This document shows, piece after piece, positions 1 through 9,849 of a DNA stretch of 64,000 nt (positions are counted from its first letter, which is position 1; the number at the start of each line of letters is the position of its first letter). The DNA comes from an uncultured Gemmatimonadales bacterium (GTDB taxonomy: Bacteria; Gemmatimonadota; Gemmatimonadetes; Longimicrobiales; RSA9): the NCBI GenBank assembly GCA_963798085.1, contig CAWCRS010000004.1, positions 1-64,000 on the forward strand. Direction: 5' to 3'. The translations under genes were made by a program, and so were the position numbers. The notes below the pieces were generated by a model that saw only the letters and a program-made list of their open reading frames with translations, was not told where the DNA came from and made no database searches.

Positions 1-147
1 CCGGTCTAGCCGCCTCGCGAACATTGCCATTGATACCGGCGGGACGCCGGTGTAACGTGGGCCGGCCAGCTCGATAACAATGCTTGTGAGCCGCACGCCC
101 ACGAGCGCGGCGGCCATGCCTCGCCGCGCACTGCCACGGGAGCCCGC

Positions 148-479
148 ATGGGATGCGCGAACCTCGGCGAATTCGAGCACCAGGTGATGCTGGTACTGGT
201 GCGGCTGGGTGGCGAGGCGTACAGCGGCCCATTGTGCTGGAGCTGGAAGAGCGCACGGGTCGCGAGGTGTCGCAGCCCGCGGTGTTCATTGCACTGCGCC
301 GTCTCGAGGACAAGGGTCTGCTGCACTCGCGCATGGATGACCACGCGGTGGAAGAGACGTGGGACGCGTGCGCCGTTATTTCCGACTCGACGCCGCGCGG
401 TGTGCGGCGCCTGCGTGATTCGCGGCGCGCGCTGGTTCGCCTGTGGGAAGGCATTGCCACGGAGCTTGACCGCGCATGA
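148..479 (+). CDS. PadR-family transcriptional regulator (frameshift near 228-232)
   Basis: N-terminus LGEFEHQVMLVLVRLGGEAYS (148 frame) continues as IVLELEERTGREVSQPAVFIALRRLEDKGLL (153 frame), a winged-helix PadR pattern; stop overlaps the permease start (ATGA). Confidence 0.8.
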
Positions 480-3289
480 CGCGGCCGGCCGCGGGCGGGG
501 GCATGCCGCGCGCTTCGTGGTTCCTGCGTGTGCAGCTGCGCTTGCTGCTCTCGCCGGCCGAGTGCGAGGCCGCACTGGGCGAGCTGGAAGAGTTGTACCT
601 CGTGCGGCGCGAGTGGGCAGGCGAGATCGAGGCGGGGCACTGGCTGCGCCGGCAGTTGCGGCAGTACCCGTGGCGGCTGCTGCTCGCCCGTGCCCGCGTG
701 CGGTTTCCGCGGCGGCGCGGCGCGGACCTGGACACGGGTATCGAAGGCGACGACGCAGCGTCGCCTGACGGGATCATCCCTGACGCTGTTCCTCTCGTGA
801 GCAGGAGCTGGACGGTGGACGCTCTCTGGCAGGATGTGCGATACGCGCTGCGCGCGCTGCGGCGGCGCCCGCTGTTCGCGGCCATTGTGATGCTCACGCT
901 CGGCCTCGGCATAGGCGCGAACACGGCCATTTTCAGTGTGCTCAACGCCGCGTTATTGCGGCCGCTGCCCTTCCCCGAGCCGGAGCGCATGGTGAAGGTC
1001 AGCCTGGTGACTTCGGAAGAGCCGGACATGGTCTGGTCCTGGCCGAAGTACGAGCTGCTGCGCGACGAGCAGCATTTCCTGGCGGCGGTCGCGGGCTACG
1101 CGGGCTGGCAGGGCAATCTGGCGGGCACGGGTGATCCCGAGCGGCTCCAGGGGGAGCGGGTAACAGCGCATTACTTCGAGCTGCTGGGCGTGCGGCCGCG
1201 CGCCGGCCGTGTCTTCACGGAGGAGGAGACGCGCGATCCCGGCCGGGCCGGCGTCGCGCTGCTGGGCGAGCGTCTGTGGCGAGGCCGCTTCCAGGCGGAC
1301 CCGGGCGTGGTGGGCCGCACCGTGCAGCTGGATGGTGCGCCGGTGATCGTCGTGGGCGTGATTCCCGCCGGGTTCCGCGGCCTGAGCGGCGCAGCCGACA
1401 TTTCCTGCCGATGGCCACCATTGGCAGCCCGATGATGCAGGGAAGGTGGGCGCACTTCATGAGCGTGGTGGCGCGGCTGGCGCCGGGCGTGACGCTGGAG
1501 CGGGCGCACGCCGAGGCGGCGCAGCTGGGCAGGCGCATCGACGAGCGGTACCGTTCCCCCCGGGGACAAGGGCGCTTCCAGCGCCGCTGTGAAACCGCTG
1601 GCGGAGCTGCGCGTGGACCCGGCCATCCGCCGCTCGGTGCTGGTGCTGTTCGCCGCGGTGAGCGCCGTGCTGCTCATCGCCTGCGCCAATGTCGCAAACC
1701 TGCTGTTATCACGCGCCGCCGCCCGCCGCCGGGAGATCGCGGTTCGCCTGTCGATCGGTGGTGGCCGCCTGCGTCTGATCCGCCAGCTGCTCACGGAAGC
1801 GCTGGTGCTGGCGCTGCTCGGTGGTCGGCCTCGGCCTGCTGCTCGCCTGGGGCGGCGTGCACGCCCTCGCCGCGCTGGTGGCGCGCGCGGGCAGCGTCTT
1901 CGGCCGCCCGCTGGGTGGCTTCAGCGCCCTCTCCCCTCGCCGGCATCCAGCTCGACGGCGCCGTGCTCGTTTTACGCGCTGGCGTCGAGCCTCTCCACCG
2001 GCCTGCTGTTCGGCGCCGTGCCCGCGCTGCAGGCATTGCGCGCCAACCTGACCAGCGACCTGAAGGAAGGGAACGCCCTGATGCCCGGCCCACTGGGCGT
2101 GCGCGGCCTGAACGCGCGCAACATCCTCGTCGTCGCGGAAATCGCCGTGGCATTCGTGCTGCTCGTCGGATCCGGCCTGATGCTCACCAGCCTGTCGCGG
2201 CTGCTGCACACGGACGCGGGAGTGGACCCGCGCAATCTGCTGACCGTGCGGATCTCACTGTCCGATGCCAGTCCGCCCGCGGCGTCGATGGCGTTCTGGC
2301 CGCAGCTGCTGTCGCGCGTCGGCGGCGTGCCCGGCGTGCGCTCCGCGGCCGTCGCGGACTGTCCACCGCTGGGCGGCATTCGCTGGTTCACGCCGCTCTG
2401 GCTCCTGGATGATGCGTCGGCAGCCGGCAGCGCGCCGCAGTCGGGCGTCGCCGTGCACGCTGTAACACCCGGTTATTTCGCCACGCTGCGGGTGCCCGTG
2501 AAGCGCGGCCGCGCCTTCGATGCGCGCGACCGCGAGGGCGGTCCCAGGGTGGTGCTGGTCAACGAAGCCTTCGCGCAGAAGTACTTCCCCGGGCAGGACC
2601 CCGTGGGTCACCGCATTGGCGTGGGCCGCGGCTTCGCGGATGGCGCGGAGATCGTGGGTGTGGTGGGCGACCAGCGTTTCCGCTCGATCGAGGCACCGGC
2701 CGAGCCGGACGTCTACATTGCGTACGACCAGGCCGCGCAGCGCGATGGCTATCTGTACGTGCGCACGGACGGCAGGCCCGCCGCGCTGGCGTCCGCCATC
2801 CGTCGCGAGGTGCAGGCGCTGGATGCCGGCCTGCCGATTTACGACGTGCAGACCATGGAGCAGGCGCGTGTGGGCACGGCCACGGCGAGGACGCGCGTAA
2901 CAGGCATGTCTGCTGGCCCTCTTCGCGGGCGGTGGCCCTGCTGCTCGCGCGCATCCGCATCTACGGCGTGGTCGGGGCCTGGGCCGTGGCGCAGCGCACG
3001 CGCGAGATCGGCGTGCGCATGGCGCTGGGCGCGCTGCGCAGCGATGTCGCTCGCCTGGTCCTGCGCGACAGTGCGGCCCTGGTCGCGCCCGGCCTGGTGC
3101 TCGGTCTGCCGGGCGCATGGAGCGCTGCCGGCGTGCTGCGTTCCCTCCTCTATGGCGTCGAGCCGACCGATCCGGTTGTGTTCGTTTCACTGGCTCTGGC
3201 GACACTGCTCGTCGCCTTCGCGGCGAGCGCCGTGCCCGGTGCTGCGGGCGACGCGTGTCGATCCGCTCGTGGCGCTGCGATCGGAGTGA
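476..3289 (+). CDS. ADOP-type duplicated MacB/FtsX ABC permease, split by several frameshifts
   Basis: WQDVRYALRALRRRP, TLGLGIGANTAIFSV, LLIACANVANLLLSRAAARRREIAVR, QRTREIGVRMALGA and C-terminal RATRVDPLVALRSE, spread over ORFs 476-1435, 1276-2412, 1821-2051, 1589-3289 and 2932-3339. Confidence 0.85.
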
Positions 3290-3419
3290 CCCGGCGACGG
3301 CGGGCCGGGATTTCGGCCGGTCCTTTTCCGCCCGGTTAACACGGCCTTTCGTCCTGCGCGCAGCACACGCACGGGGCTCTACAGAACCCATCCTGCCTGC
3401 CGATCCTAGAGTAATCTCC

Positions 3420-5594
3420 ATGGTTGCCCGGTTCCCCCGCCGGGACTATCGCATCAAATCCGGACTTGAACGAACGAGAATCTTGGAGCAGAACGCAGCG
3501 CAGTCCCGGCGCCGGCGAGGCGAAGGTGCGTCCACCTGGTTGGGGGTGGCAGACGCGGTGATCACGATCGACCAGGCCAGCCGCGTGGTGTACGCGAATG
3601 CGGCCGTCGAGCGCATCCTGGGCTATGCCGCGCACGAGCTGCTAGGCCAGCCCATCGCGCTGATCATCCCCCCTCGGCTGCAGGCTGGCCACGAGCACGG
3701 CCTCGCGCGCTACCTCACGACCGGCGAGCACCTGCTCGACTGGGATGGCGTCGAGCTGCCCGCCCGGCGCAAGGACGGCGAGGAGTGCCTGCTCGAGATC
3801 GCGATCGGCGAGTACGCCGTCGGCGAGCAGCGCTTCTTCACCGCCGTGCTGCGCGACACCACCGCCCGGCGCATTGCATTGGACCGCCTGCGCGCCTCCG
3901 AAATGCACTTCCGCCAGCTCTTCGAGCAGAGCGTTGCAGGCGTCTACCGTGTGGGCCTGGATGGGCGCGTGCTCGAGCTGAACGAGGCCATGGCCAGAAT
4001 GCTCGGTTATTGCCGCGACGAGCTGCTGGGCGCCAGTGCCGTCAGCGCTTATTTCGATGTGGCGGACCGCGATCTGTGGATCCGCAGCCTGCTGGAGAAG
4101 GGCTCGCTCAGCAACTGGGTCCACAAGCTGCGGCGCCGTGACGGCACCGCCGTCTGGACGCTCGAGAACTGTTCGTTGATCGACGAACCGGTAACCGGAG
4201 GCAAGGTCGTGCTGGGAACCGCGATCGACATCACGGAGCGCAAGGCGCTCGAGGACCGTCTCGAACGCATGGCCTACCACGACCCGCTCACGGGCCTGCC
4301 CAACCGGCGGATGCTCCAGGAAATGACCGAGAAGGCCATTGCTCGCGCCAATCGTGAGGGCGGGCATGTGGCCATGTTGTACCTCGACCTGGTGCGCTTC
4401 AAGCGAATCAACGACGTGCTCGGCCACCATGCCGGCGACCAGGTGCTGAAGGAAGTGGCCGCGCGTTTCCGCGCATTCGTGCGCGCGGCGGACTCGCTGG
4501 CGCGGGTGGGCGGCGACGAGTTCGCCATTCTGCTGGTCACCGCGAAGACGCTCGATGCCGTGCTCACACCCGCGCGCAAGATGCGCGAGAGCCTGTCGCG
4601 GCCGTTCGTCGTCGACGGCCAGGCCTTCCACCTCGATGTGCGCATTGGCGTCGCCGTGCATCCCCAGCACGCCGCAAATTTCGACGAGCTGCTCTCGCAC
4701 GCCGACCTGGCCATGCACCACCCGGCCATTGCCGATGGCGAAATCGCTGTCTACAGGCCTGTAGACATCCGGCACAGCCGCGAGGACCTGGTACTGGAGG
4801 AGCGCTTCCGCGAGGCACTGGGCGAGGAAGAGTTTGTGCTGTACTTCCAGCCCATTGATCGCATGCCCGATGTCCGGCCCGCGGGCGTCGAAGGCCTCAC
4901 GCGCTGGCTGCAGCACGATGGCCGCGTCGTGGGCGCGGACCAGTTCATTCCGATTGCCGAACACACGGGTCTCATCCGCCAGCTCGATCGCTGGGCGCTG
5001 CGCAGCGCGCTGCGCCAGCTGCGCGTTTGGGACGGCGCACCCTCGCCATCCTGGATCGCGCTCAATCTCACTCCCTCCACCTTCGACGATGCGGAGTTCC
5101 CTTCACTCGTACGCAAGGCGCTCGATGAGGCCGGCATCAACGGCAACCGCATTGCGCTGGAAGTGACCGAGCGACTCACCATGCGCGATCCATTGCAGGC
5201 CGCGCGCATTCTGCAGGAGCTGAAGGAAATGGGACTGCGCATCGTGATCGACGACTTCGGCCGCGGTCACTCCTCGCTGGCGTACCTCAAGGACTTCCCC
5301 GCGGACGCGCTCAAGATCGACCGCTTCTTCGTGGGCCGCGTGGGCGCCGACCCGCACCACGAACGCCTGGTCGAGGGCATCATCGCGCTGTGCAATGGCC
5401 TGGGCATCGAGTTGATCGCGGAAGGTGTGGAAACAGCGGATCAGCTGGCATGGCTCGAGGAACACGGCTGCGACTTCGTGCAGGGTTACTACCTCTCACA
5501 CCCCATTCCGGCGCAGAACATCCAGCCCATCTTCGAGAACGCGCAATCGGCAGCAGCAGCAGCCTCTCCTGCGCCGCGCTGGAAGTCCGCCTGA
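3420..5594 (+). CDS. PAS-PAS-GGDEF-EAL diguanylate cyclase/phosphodiesterase
   Basis: Two PAS domains, AYHDPLTGLPNRR, RAAD I-site five residues before an intact GGDEF, EGL variant of EAL, DDFGRGHSSLAYL, EGVET, QGYYLS; start uncertain (ORF opens at 3117). Confidence 0.92.
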   Translation: MVARFPRRDYRIKSGLERTRILEQNAAQSRRRRGEGASTWLGVADAVITIDQASRVVYANAAVERILGYAAHELLGQPIALIIPPRLQAGHEHGLARYLTTGEHLLDWDGVELPARRKDGEECLLEIAIGEYAVGEQRFFTAVLRDTTARRIALDRLRASEMHFRQLFEQSVAGVYRVGLDGRVLELNEAMARMLGYCRDELLGASAVSAYFDVADRDLWIRSLLEKGSLSNWVHKLRRRDGTAVWTLENCSLIDEPVTGGKVVLGTAIDITERKALEDRLERMAYHDPLTGLPNRRMLQEMTEKAIARANREGGHVAMLYLDLVRFKRINDVLGHHAGDQVLKEVAARFRAFVRAADSLARVGGDEFAILLVTAKTLDAVLTPARKMRESLSRPFVVDGQAFHLDVRIGVAVHPQHAANFDELLSHADLAMHHPAIADGEIAVYRPVDIRHSREDLVLEERFREALGEEEFVLYFQPIDRMPDVRPAGVEGLTRWLQHDGRVVGADQFIPIAEHTGLIRQLDRWALRSALRQLRVWDGAPSPSWIALNLTPSTFDDAEFPSLVRKALDEAGINGNRIALEVTERLTMRDPLQAARILQELKEMGLRIVIDDFGRGHSSLAYLKDFPADALKIDRFFVGRVGADPHHERLVEGIIALCNGLGIELIAEGVETADQLAWLEEHGCDFVQGYYLSHPIPAQNIQPIFENAQSAAAAASPAPRWKSA

Positions 5595-5607
5595 CACGCA
5601 GGCGGAC

Positions 5608-5839
5608 CTACATTCTTCTTCTTCAGCAGCTTCATCGCGGAAGCCGAATCGCCCCTCGCCATCTCGCCGCCCGGTATGGTGTCGAGCATGGAGTCACGCG
5701 CCCCCGCGTCGTGCATCGCCCGCGCCACCGGCATGGAGTCCGGCATTTCCGCCTTCTCCGGCATGTCCCGCTCCCGCCCGCACCCGAGCAGGAGCAGTGC
5801 CGCCACCAGCGATAGTATTGTGTTAGAGCGCGCAGCCAT
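5608..5839 (-). CDS. small Met-rich lipoprotein
   Basis: MAARSNTILSLVAALLLLGC lipobox; 7 Met in about 55 mature residues; removing one A at 5611-5615 gives KKKM-stop at 5608 and removes the overlap with the EAL gene. Confidence 0.6.
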
Positions 5840-5979
5840 CAACCCCCGGTCCGTTGCAGCAGGATGCCCACCACACGACACGCCCGGCGCATTCGCCACC
5901 GAGGCCGAGCCCCGGCAACGCCGTTCCGTCCGTACCGCCGTTCCCCAACCCGAGCCCCAGCCCCGGAAACGCAGTTCGA

Positions 5980-6672
5980 CTATAACCCGCCAAACCACGG
6001 ATACCCCTGATCCTCCCAGTACCCGCCCGGCTGTTTGTCCGTGAACGTGATGCGCGTCAGGTACTTGGTCAGCTTGTAGCCCAGCTTGTGCGGCGCGTAA
6101 AGGCGCAGGGGCGCGCCATGGTCGGGCATCAGCTCGCGGTCGTTGAAACCCCACGCCAGCAGGGTCTCCGGGTGCATCGCGGAGGGCAGGTCCCAGCCGT
6201 TGTAGTAGCCTTCATCGAAGGAATCGAAGCGCACATAACGCGCTGTTGCCTGTACGCCCGCGCGCTCCGCCAGTGCGCGCAGCGGTGTGCCCGTCCAGGT
6301 GGCCACCGCCGACCAGCCTTCGACGCAGTGGTGTTCCACCGTGTAGGTGAGCCGGGCGAGCGAGCGAATGTCATCGATGCTCAGAGTAAGCGGCGTACGC
6401 ACGAGACCGCCCACTTCCAGCCGCCACGCGGGCGGATCGGGCAGCGTCGGCGTCATGCCGCTGATGAAGTAGCTGGGCATGCTGGTCGAGCGCCTCGCCG
6501 CATCGTACTGACGCGCGAGCCTCGTGGGCGAGAAGAGACGTGCGCTCACCCAGTCGTTCCAGCGGCTGCCCGCCATGAGGGCCGGACGCAGCGTGTCACC
6601 GCCATCCCAGCCGCAGGCGCCGGCCAGTCCCGCCGCGCCCAGTGCCAGAAATCGTCGCCTGTCCAGTGCCAT
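5980..6672 (-). CDS. Tat-exported molybdopterin oxidoreductase, sulfite oxidase/MsrP(YedY)-like
   Basis: MALDRRRFLALGAAGLAGAC twin-Arg signal, WRLEVGGLV, HHCVEGWS Moco Cys, HGAPLRL, LGYKLTKYL, GGYWEDQGY. Confidence 0.88.
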   Translation of the reverse strand: MALDRRRFLALGAAGLAGACGWDGGDTLRPALMAGSRWNDWVSARLFSPTRLARQYDAARRSTSMPSYFISGMTPTLPDPPAWRLEVGGLVRTPLTLSIDDIRSLARLTYTVEHHCVEGWSAVATWTGTPLRALAERAGVQATARYVRFDSFDEGYYNGWDLPSAMHPETLLAWGFNDRELMPDHGAPLRLYAPHKLGYKLTKYLTRITFTDKQPGGYWEDQGYPWFGGL

Positions 6673-7493
6673 CAGTGCTTCTCCACATTGGGCGCGGCGT
6701 CCTGCGCACCCGCGAAACGGCTTCGATAGCCGCCTGTCGTCATGGCGCGGAACGATGCGGGATCGGCGAGGAACACGAGCGTCACGTGCACGAGTGTGAA
6801 TCCCACGAACAGCCACACCGCAAGGAAGTGCCAGTAGCGCGCGAGCTGGTAGCCGCCCAGCACTGTCACCAGCCATGGGAGCTGCACCGGCTTCCACACC
6901 GCGAACCCGGTCACTACGGACACCATGCCGAGGAACACGATGAACGTGTACGCCTGCTTCTGCAGTGCATTGTGCTTGCCCTGCGGCGGATGATCGCGGC
7001 GGATGCGCAGATAGTATTTCGCCATCTCGAATGCGGCGGGGATGTCGCGCGGGCGGAAGACGAGCTGCTTCCACTCGCCGGACGCGATGATGTACACGAA
7101 GTACGTGATGCCCGTGATAATCAGCGGCCACATCAGCAGGAAATGCCAGTTGAGCCCGCCCGCCAGCCAGCCGCCCAGCCGCGACCACTCGGGAAAGGCC
7201 GCGTCCTGCAGCGGATTCGGATAGAAGGGACCGCCGCGGTCGCCGAACCGCGGATACGCACGGTAGATCTGCAGCCCGCTCGCAATCATGCAGAAGATCA
7301 GCGGAAACGTGAGCCAGTGCGTGATGCGCACAATGGGATGATGGCGGCGCTGTTTCGGGGCGCGCCGCGCCACAGCCATTGCGTCCATGCGCGCGCCATC
7401 CGATGCTGCACGCCGTGCCGCGTCGTCTGCGGCGCTGTCGTTGGCCGCGCCGTTCTCCGGCGCTGCGGCGTCGGGTTCCTGCGGACGGTCCAT
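6672..7493 (-). CDS. cytochrome b (Ni/Fe-hydrogenase b-type family) membrane partner
   Basis: VRITHW, WHFLLMW, GKHNALQK, RYWHF..FTLVHV four-His TM pattern; coupled to the molybdoenzyme (TGATG overlap). Confidence 0.85.
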   Translation of the reverse strand: MDRPQEPDAAAPENGAANDSAADDAARRAASDGARMDAMAVARRAPKQRRHHPIVRITHWLTFPLIFCMIASGLQIYRAYPRFGDRGGPFYPNPLQDAAFPEWSRLGGWLAGGLNWHFLLMWPLIITGITYFVYIIASGEWKQLVFRPRDIPAAFEMAKYYLRIRRDHPPQGKHNALQKQAYTFIVFLGMVSVVTGFAVWKPVQLPWLVTVLGGYQLARYWHFLAVWLFVGFTLVHVTLVFLADPASFRAMTTGGYRSRFAGAQDAAPNVEKH

Positions 7494-7701
7494 ATGGCTT
7501 CTCCCGGGATTCCGCCCGCGTCGGTCGAGTTGCTCAACAGAAACGCGGGGGCCAGCCAGTCGGCTCGTGGCAGACTAGAGTTGGAGCGCGTCCGCCACAA
7601 GCACCGATCCGTGCGGACCGGCCTGCATGGTGCGGGCCCGCTGCGGCACGGCCTTCAGCCCGTGCGTCTTCCTTGCGGGAGTCTCGTGAAACTGTTCCAT
7701 C

Positions 7702-8343
7702 ATGGCGGAATCGATGACGAAACAAGCGTGGCTGCCCGACGAGCGCGTCGTACTGGAGGCGCTGTCGTCGCCTGAATCCATTCAGTCTTTCCTGGACGAG
7801 CTGCCCTACTCGCCGGATGCGACGTACCGCTCGCCTCGCCAGGTGATGCGCGAGCGCGTAGCGAACTGCATGGAGGGCGCGCTGTTCGCCGCCGCCGCGC
7901 TCGAGCACATCGGCCATGCTCCTGTGATCGTCGATCTGCTGGCGGAGCGCGATGACGATCACGTGCTCGCCATGTTTCGCGAAAACGGGCGACTGGGTTG
8001 CATTGCGAAGTCGAACTTCAGCGGGCTGCGCTGGCGCTCGCCCGTGTACCGCTCGCTCCGCGAACTGGCGTTATCGTACTTCGACCACTACTACAACGTG
8101 GCGCGCGAGCTGACGATGCGCGGCTGGACGCGGCCGCTGCGCCTGGACGGGCGACGCTTCACCGACTGGCGCACGCGCGAGACCAACCTGGACGACATCT
8201 CCGATCATCTCGACCTGCTGCCGCGCACGCTGCTGTTTCCCGGCGGTGTGCCGTCGCTCAGGCTCGTGGATGACCGGCTGTACACCTCCGGCCTCGCGGG
8301 CGCGGAGGCGAGAGGGCTCTACGTTCCGGGCGATCGCGGCTAG
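7702..8343 (+). CDS. conserved hypothetical protein, possible transglutaminase-like Cys/His fold
   Basis: Protein-like composition; ANCMEGALFAAAAL and DDHVLA resemble a Cys-His catalytic pair. Confidence 0.6.
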   Translation: MAESMTKQAWLPDERVVLEALSSPESIQSFLDELPYSPDATYRSPRQVMRERVANCMEGALFAAAALEHIGHAPVIVDLLAERDDDHVLAMFRENGRLGCIAKSNFSGLRWRSPVYRSLRELALSYFDHYYNVARELTMRGWTRPLRLDGRRFTDWRTRETNLDDISDHLDLLPRTLLFPGGVPSLRLVDDRLYTSGLAGAEARGLYVPGDRG

Positions 8344-8458
8344 CTACGTTCCGCTCCAGTGCGATGTGAGCCACGACGTCGGCCGGGGCGCTTCTGCCCT
8401 GCCTTGCGTCATCGCAACCAGCGAGGAGCATGCACCCTGGAACGTCAGGAAAGTCTGA

Positions 8459-8962
8459 CTACTTCGCGGCGCGTGTCGAATCGAGGAATGCCATGACGTA
8501 GGCCGCGCGCCACTTGCCATCGGCACCGAGCACACAAACGCTTACAAAGCGGCCGTAATTGGTCTGCGCCTTCTTGCCCTTGGGCGTGTACGTCTCGCTG
8601 TACATGCCGCGCTGGTATGCTGTCATGCTGTCGCCCACAATGGTGCCCTCGGGGTTCACCACGAAATCGGAGTATTTGTTGGCAGCGAAGTCGTCGGTGA
8701 ACGCCTTCGTCAGCGCATCTCGACCCACGGTGGGAGGCGCGCCCTGGAAATCCGCGCGGGCCGTCTCCGTCCATAGTGCAGCGGCCTGCGTCGCGTCGCC
8801 GGCTACTTCTGCGGCCTTGAGGTCAGTCCAGAGCTGGTCCAGCCCTGCACGGACCGTCGCCGTGTCGGGCTTGGCCGCCATGGCCGGCGGTGCGGGTGCC
8901 GGCTGGGAGCAGGCGCACGCGAGTAACACGATGATGCCAGGGGCCAGCAATGCTCGCTTCAT
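8459..8962 (-). CDS. NTF2/SnoaL-like (DUF4440-type) lipoprotein
   Basis: GGAGG RBS, LACAC lipobox, AGDATQAAALWTETA, VGRDAL, GADGKWR. Confidence 0.8.
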   Translation of the reverse strand: MKRALLAPGIIVLLACACSQPAPAPPAMAAKPDTATVRAGLDQLWTDLKAAEVAGDATQAAALWTETARADFQGAPPTVGRDALTKAFTDDFAANKYSDFVVNPEGTIVGDSMTAYQRGMYSETYTPKGKKAQTNYGRFVSVCVLGADGKWRAAYVMAFLDSTRAAK

Positions 8963-9240
8963 GATGCCCTCCCGTCATCGGGTGCTGGCGTCGCGACCGG
9001 GAACGGACGCGGCGAACGCTGTGGCGAATTGTGCAGGATGCGTGGAAACTCCCTTGCGGGCGACATCCTGTCAAGAGCGGCCGCGGCGGCGCTCATGCCT
9101 CTCGCGACAGCGATGGGTTGCGGGGGCGGTCGGGGTGGAGGTGTGGGAATCAGTGACGGCTCGAACCTGACAATTTGTTAGAGCCGGACACGGCGGCCCG
9201 TTTTCCCAGGCAGGCCGTCGAGTCCCCTGCCACTCCCCTC

Positions 9241-9276
9241 AACGGGTGCCCGTGTCCGCCTCCGACCCCTGAACCC
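9241..9276 (+). repeat. 36-bp intergenic repeat, copy 1
   Basis: AACGGGTGCCCGTGTCCGCCTCCGACCCCTGAACCC; 2 mismatches to the copy at 26436-26471 and 3 to the copy at 26601-26636. Confidence 0.85.
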
Positions 9277-9849
9277 GGCCGTTCCCCCAACCCTCACGCA
9301 TTCGGATCCTACCGGCATTACTCCCGGGCGAACGTCAGATCCGTAAACCCAGCCGCAGCCCGGCCCAAGCCCGGAAACAGATCCGTTCTCAAGCAACGAG
9401 TCCCGGCAACCAGCGCGAGAAGCGACGTCAGTTTCGCGAACCCCGGCGCCAGCTCGGCCACGAATCTGGGTCCCAGCCTGCGCGCGGGCAGACTCATCGG
9501 CATTGTGAGCGGCAGTGCCGCGCGGTATTGTTGCCCGGGCCCAACGCAGCAGAGCAGTTGCCGGTTGCGAGCGTCAGTCCACACCCTCGGACGCTCAGGG
9601 CAGCATCTCGAACCATGGTCGCGGGCCAGCCTCGTCCCACACCCCCGGATCGAGCCATGACGTATGGCCGGATCCGCGGCACTCCTTTCCCGCATCCGGT
9701 GCCACACCTTGCACGAGTAATTGCGTTGCCGGGGTAACGTCCCGGCAATCGCCGTGAAGTGACACGGCCGGCGCTGGCGGCGGCCATGTCGCGGGGCGCG
9801 ATGTTCGCCACGGAAGCTGTCTAACACACAATTTGCCGGAGTGTCCATC

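Noticed and set aside
476..3289. Permease as a true pseudogene
   Set aside because: All domains are present in order and indels affect many unrelated genes, so sequencing error is more likely; cannot be excluded without reads
9175..9660. ORFs in the 8963-9849 intergenic region
   Set aside because: Low-complexity translations with no RBS or motif support; treated as non-coding
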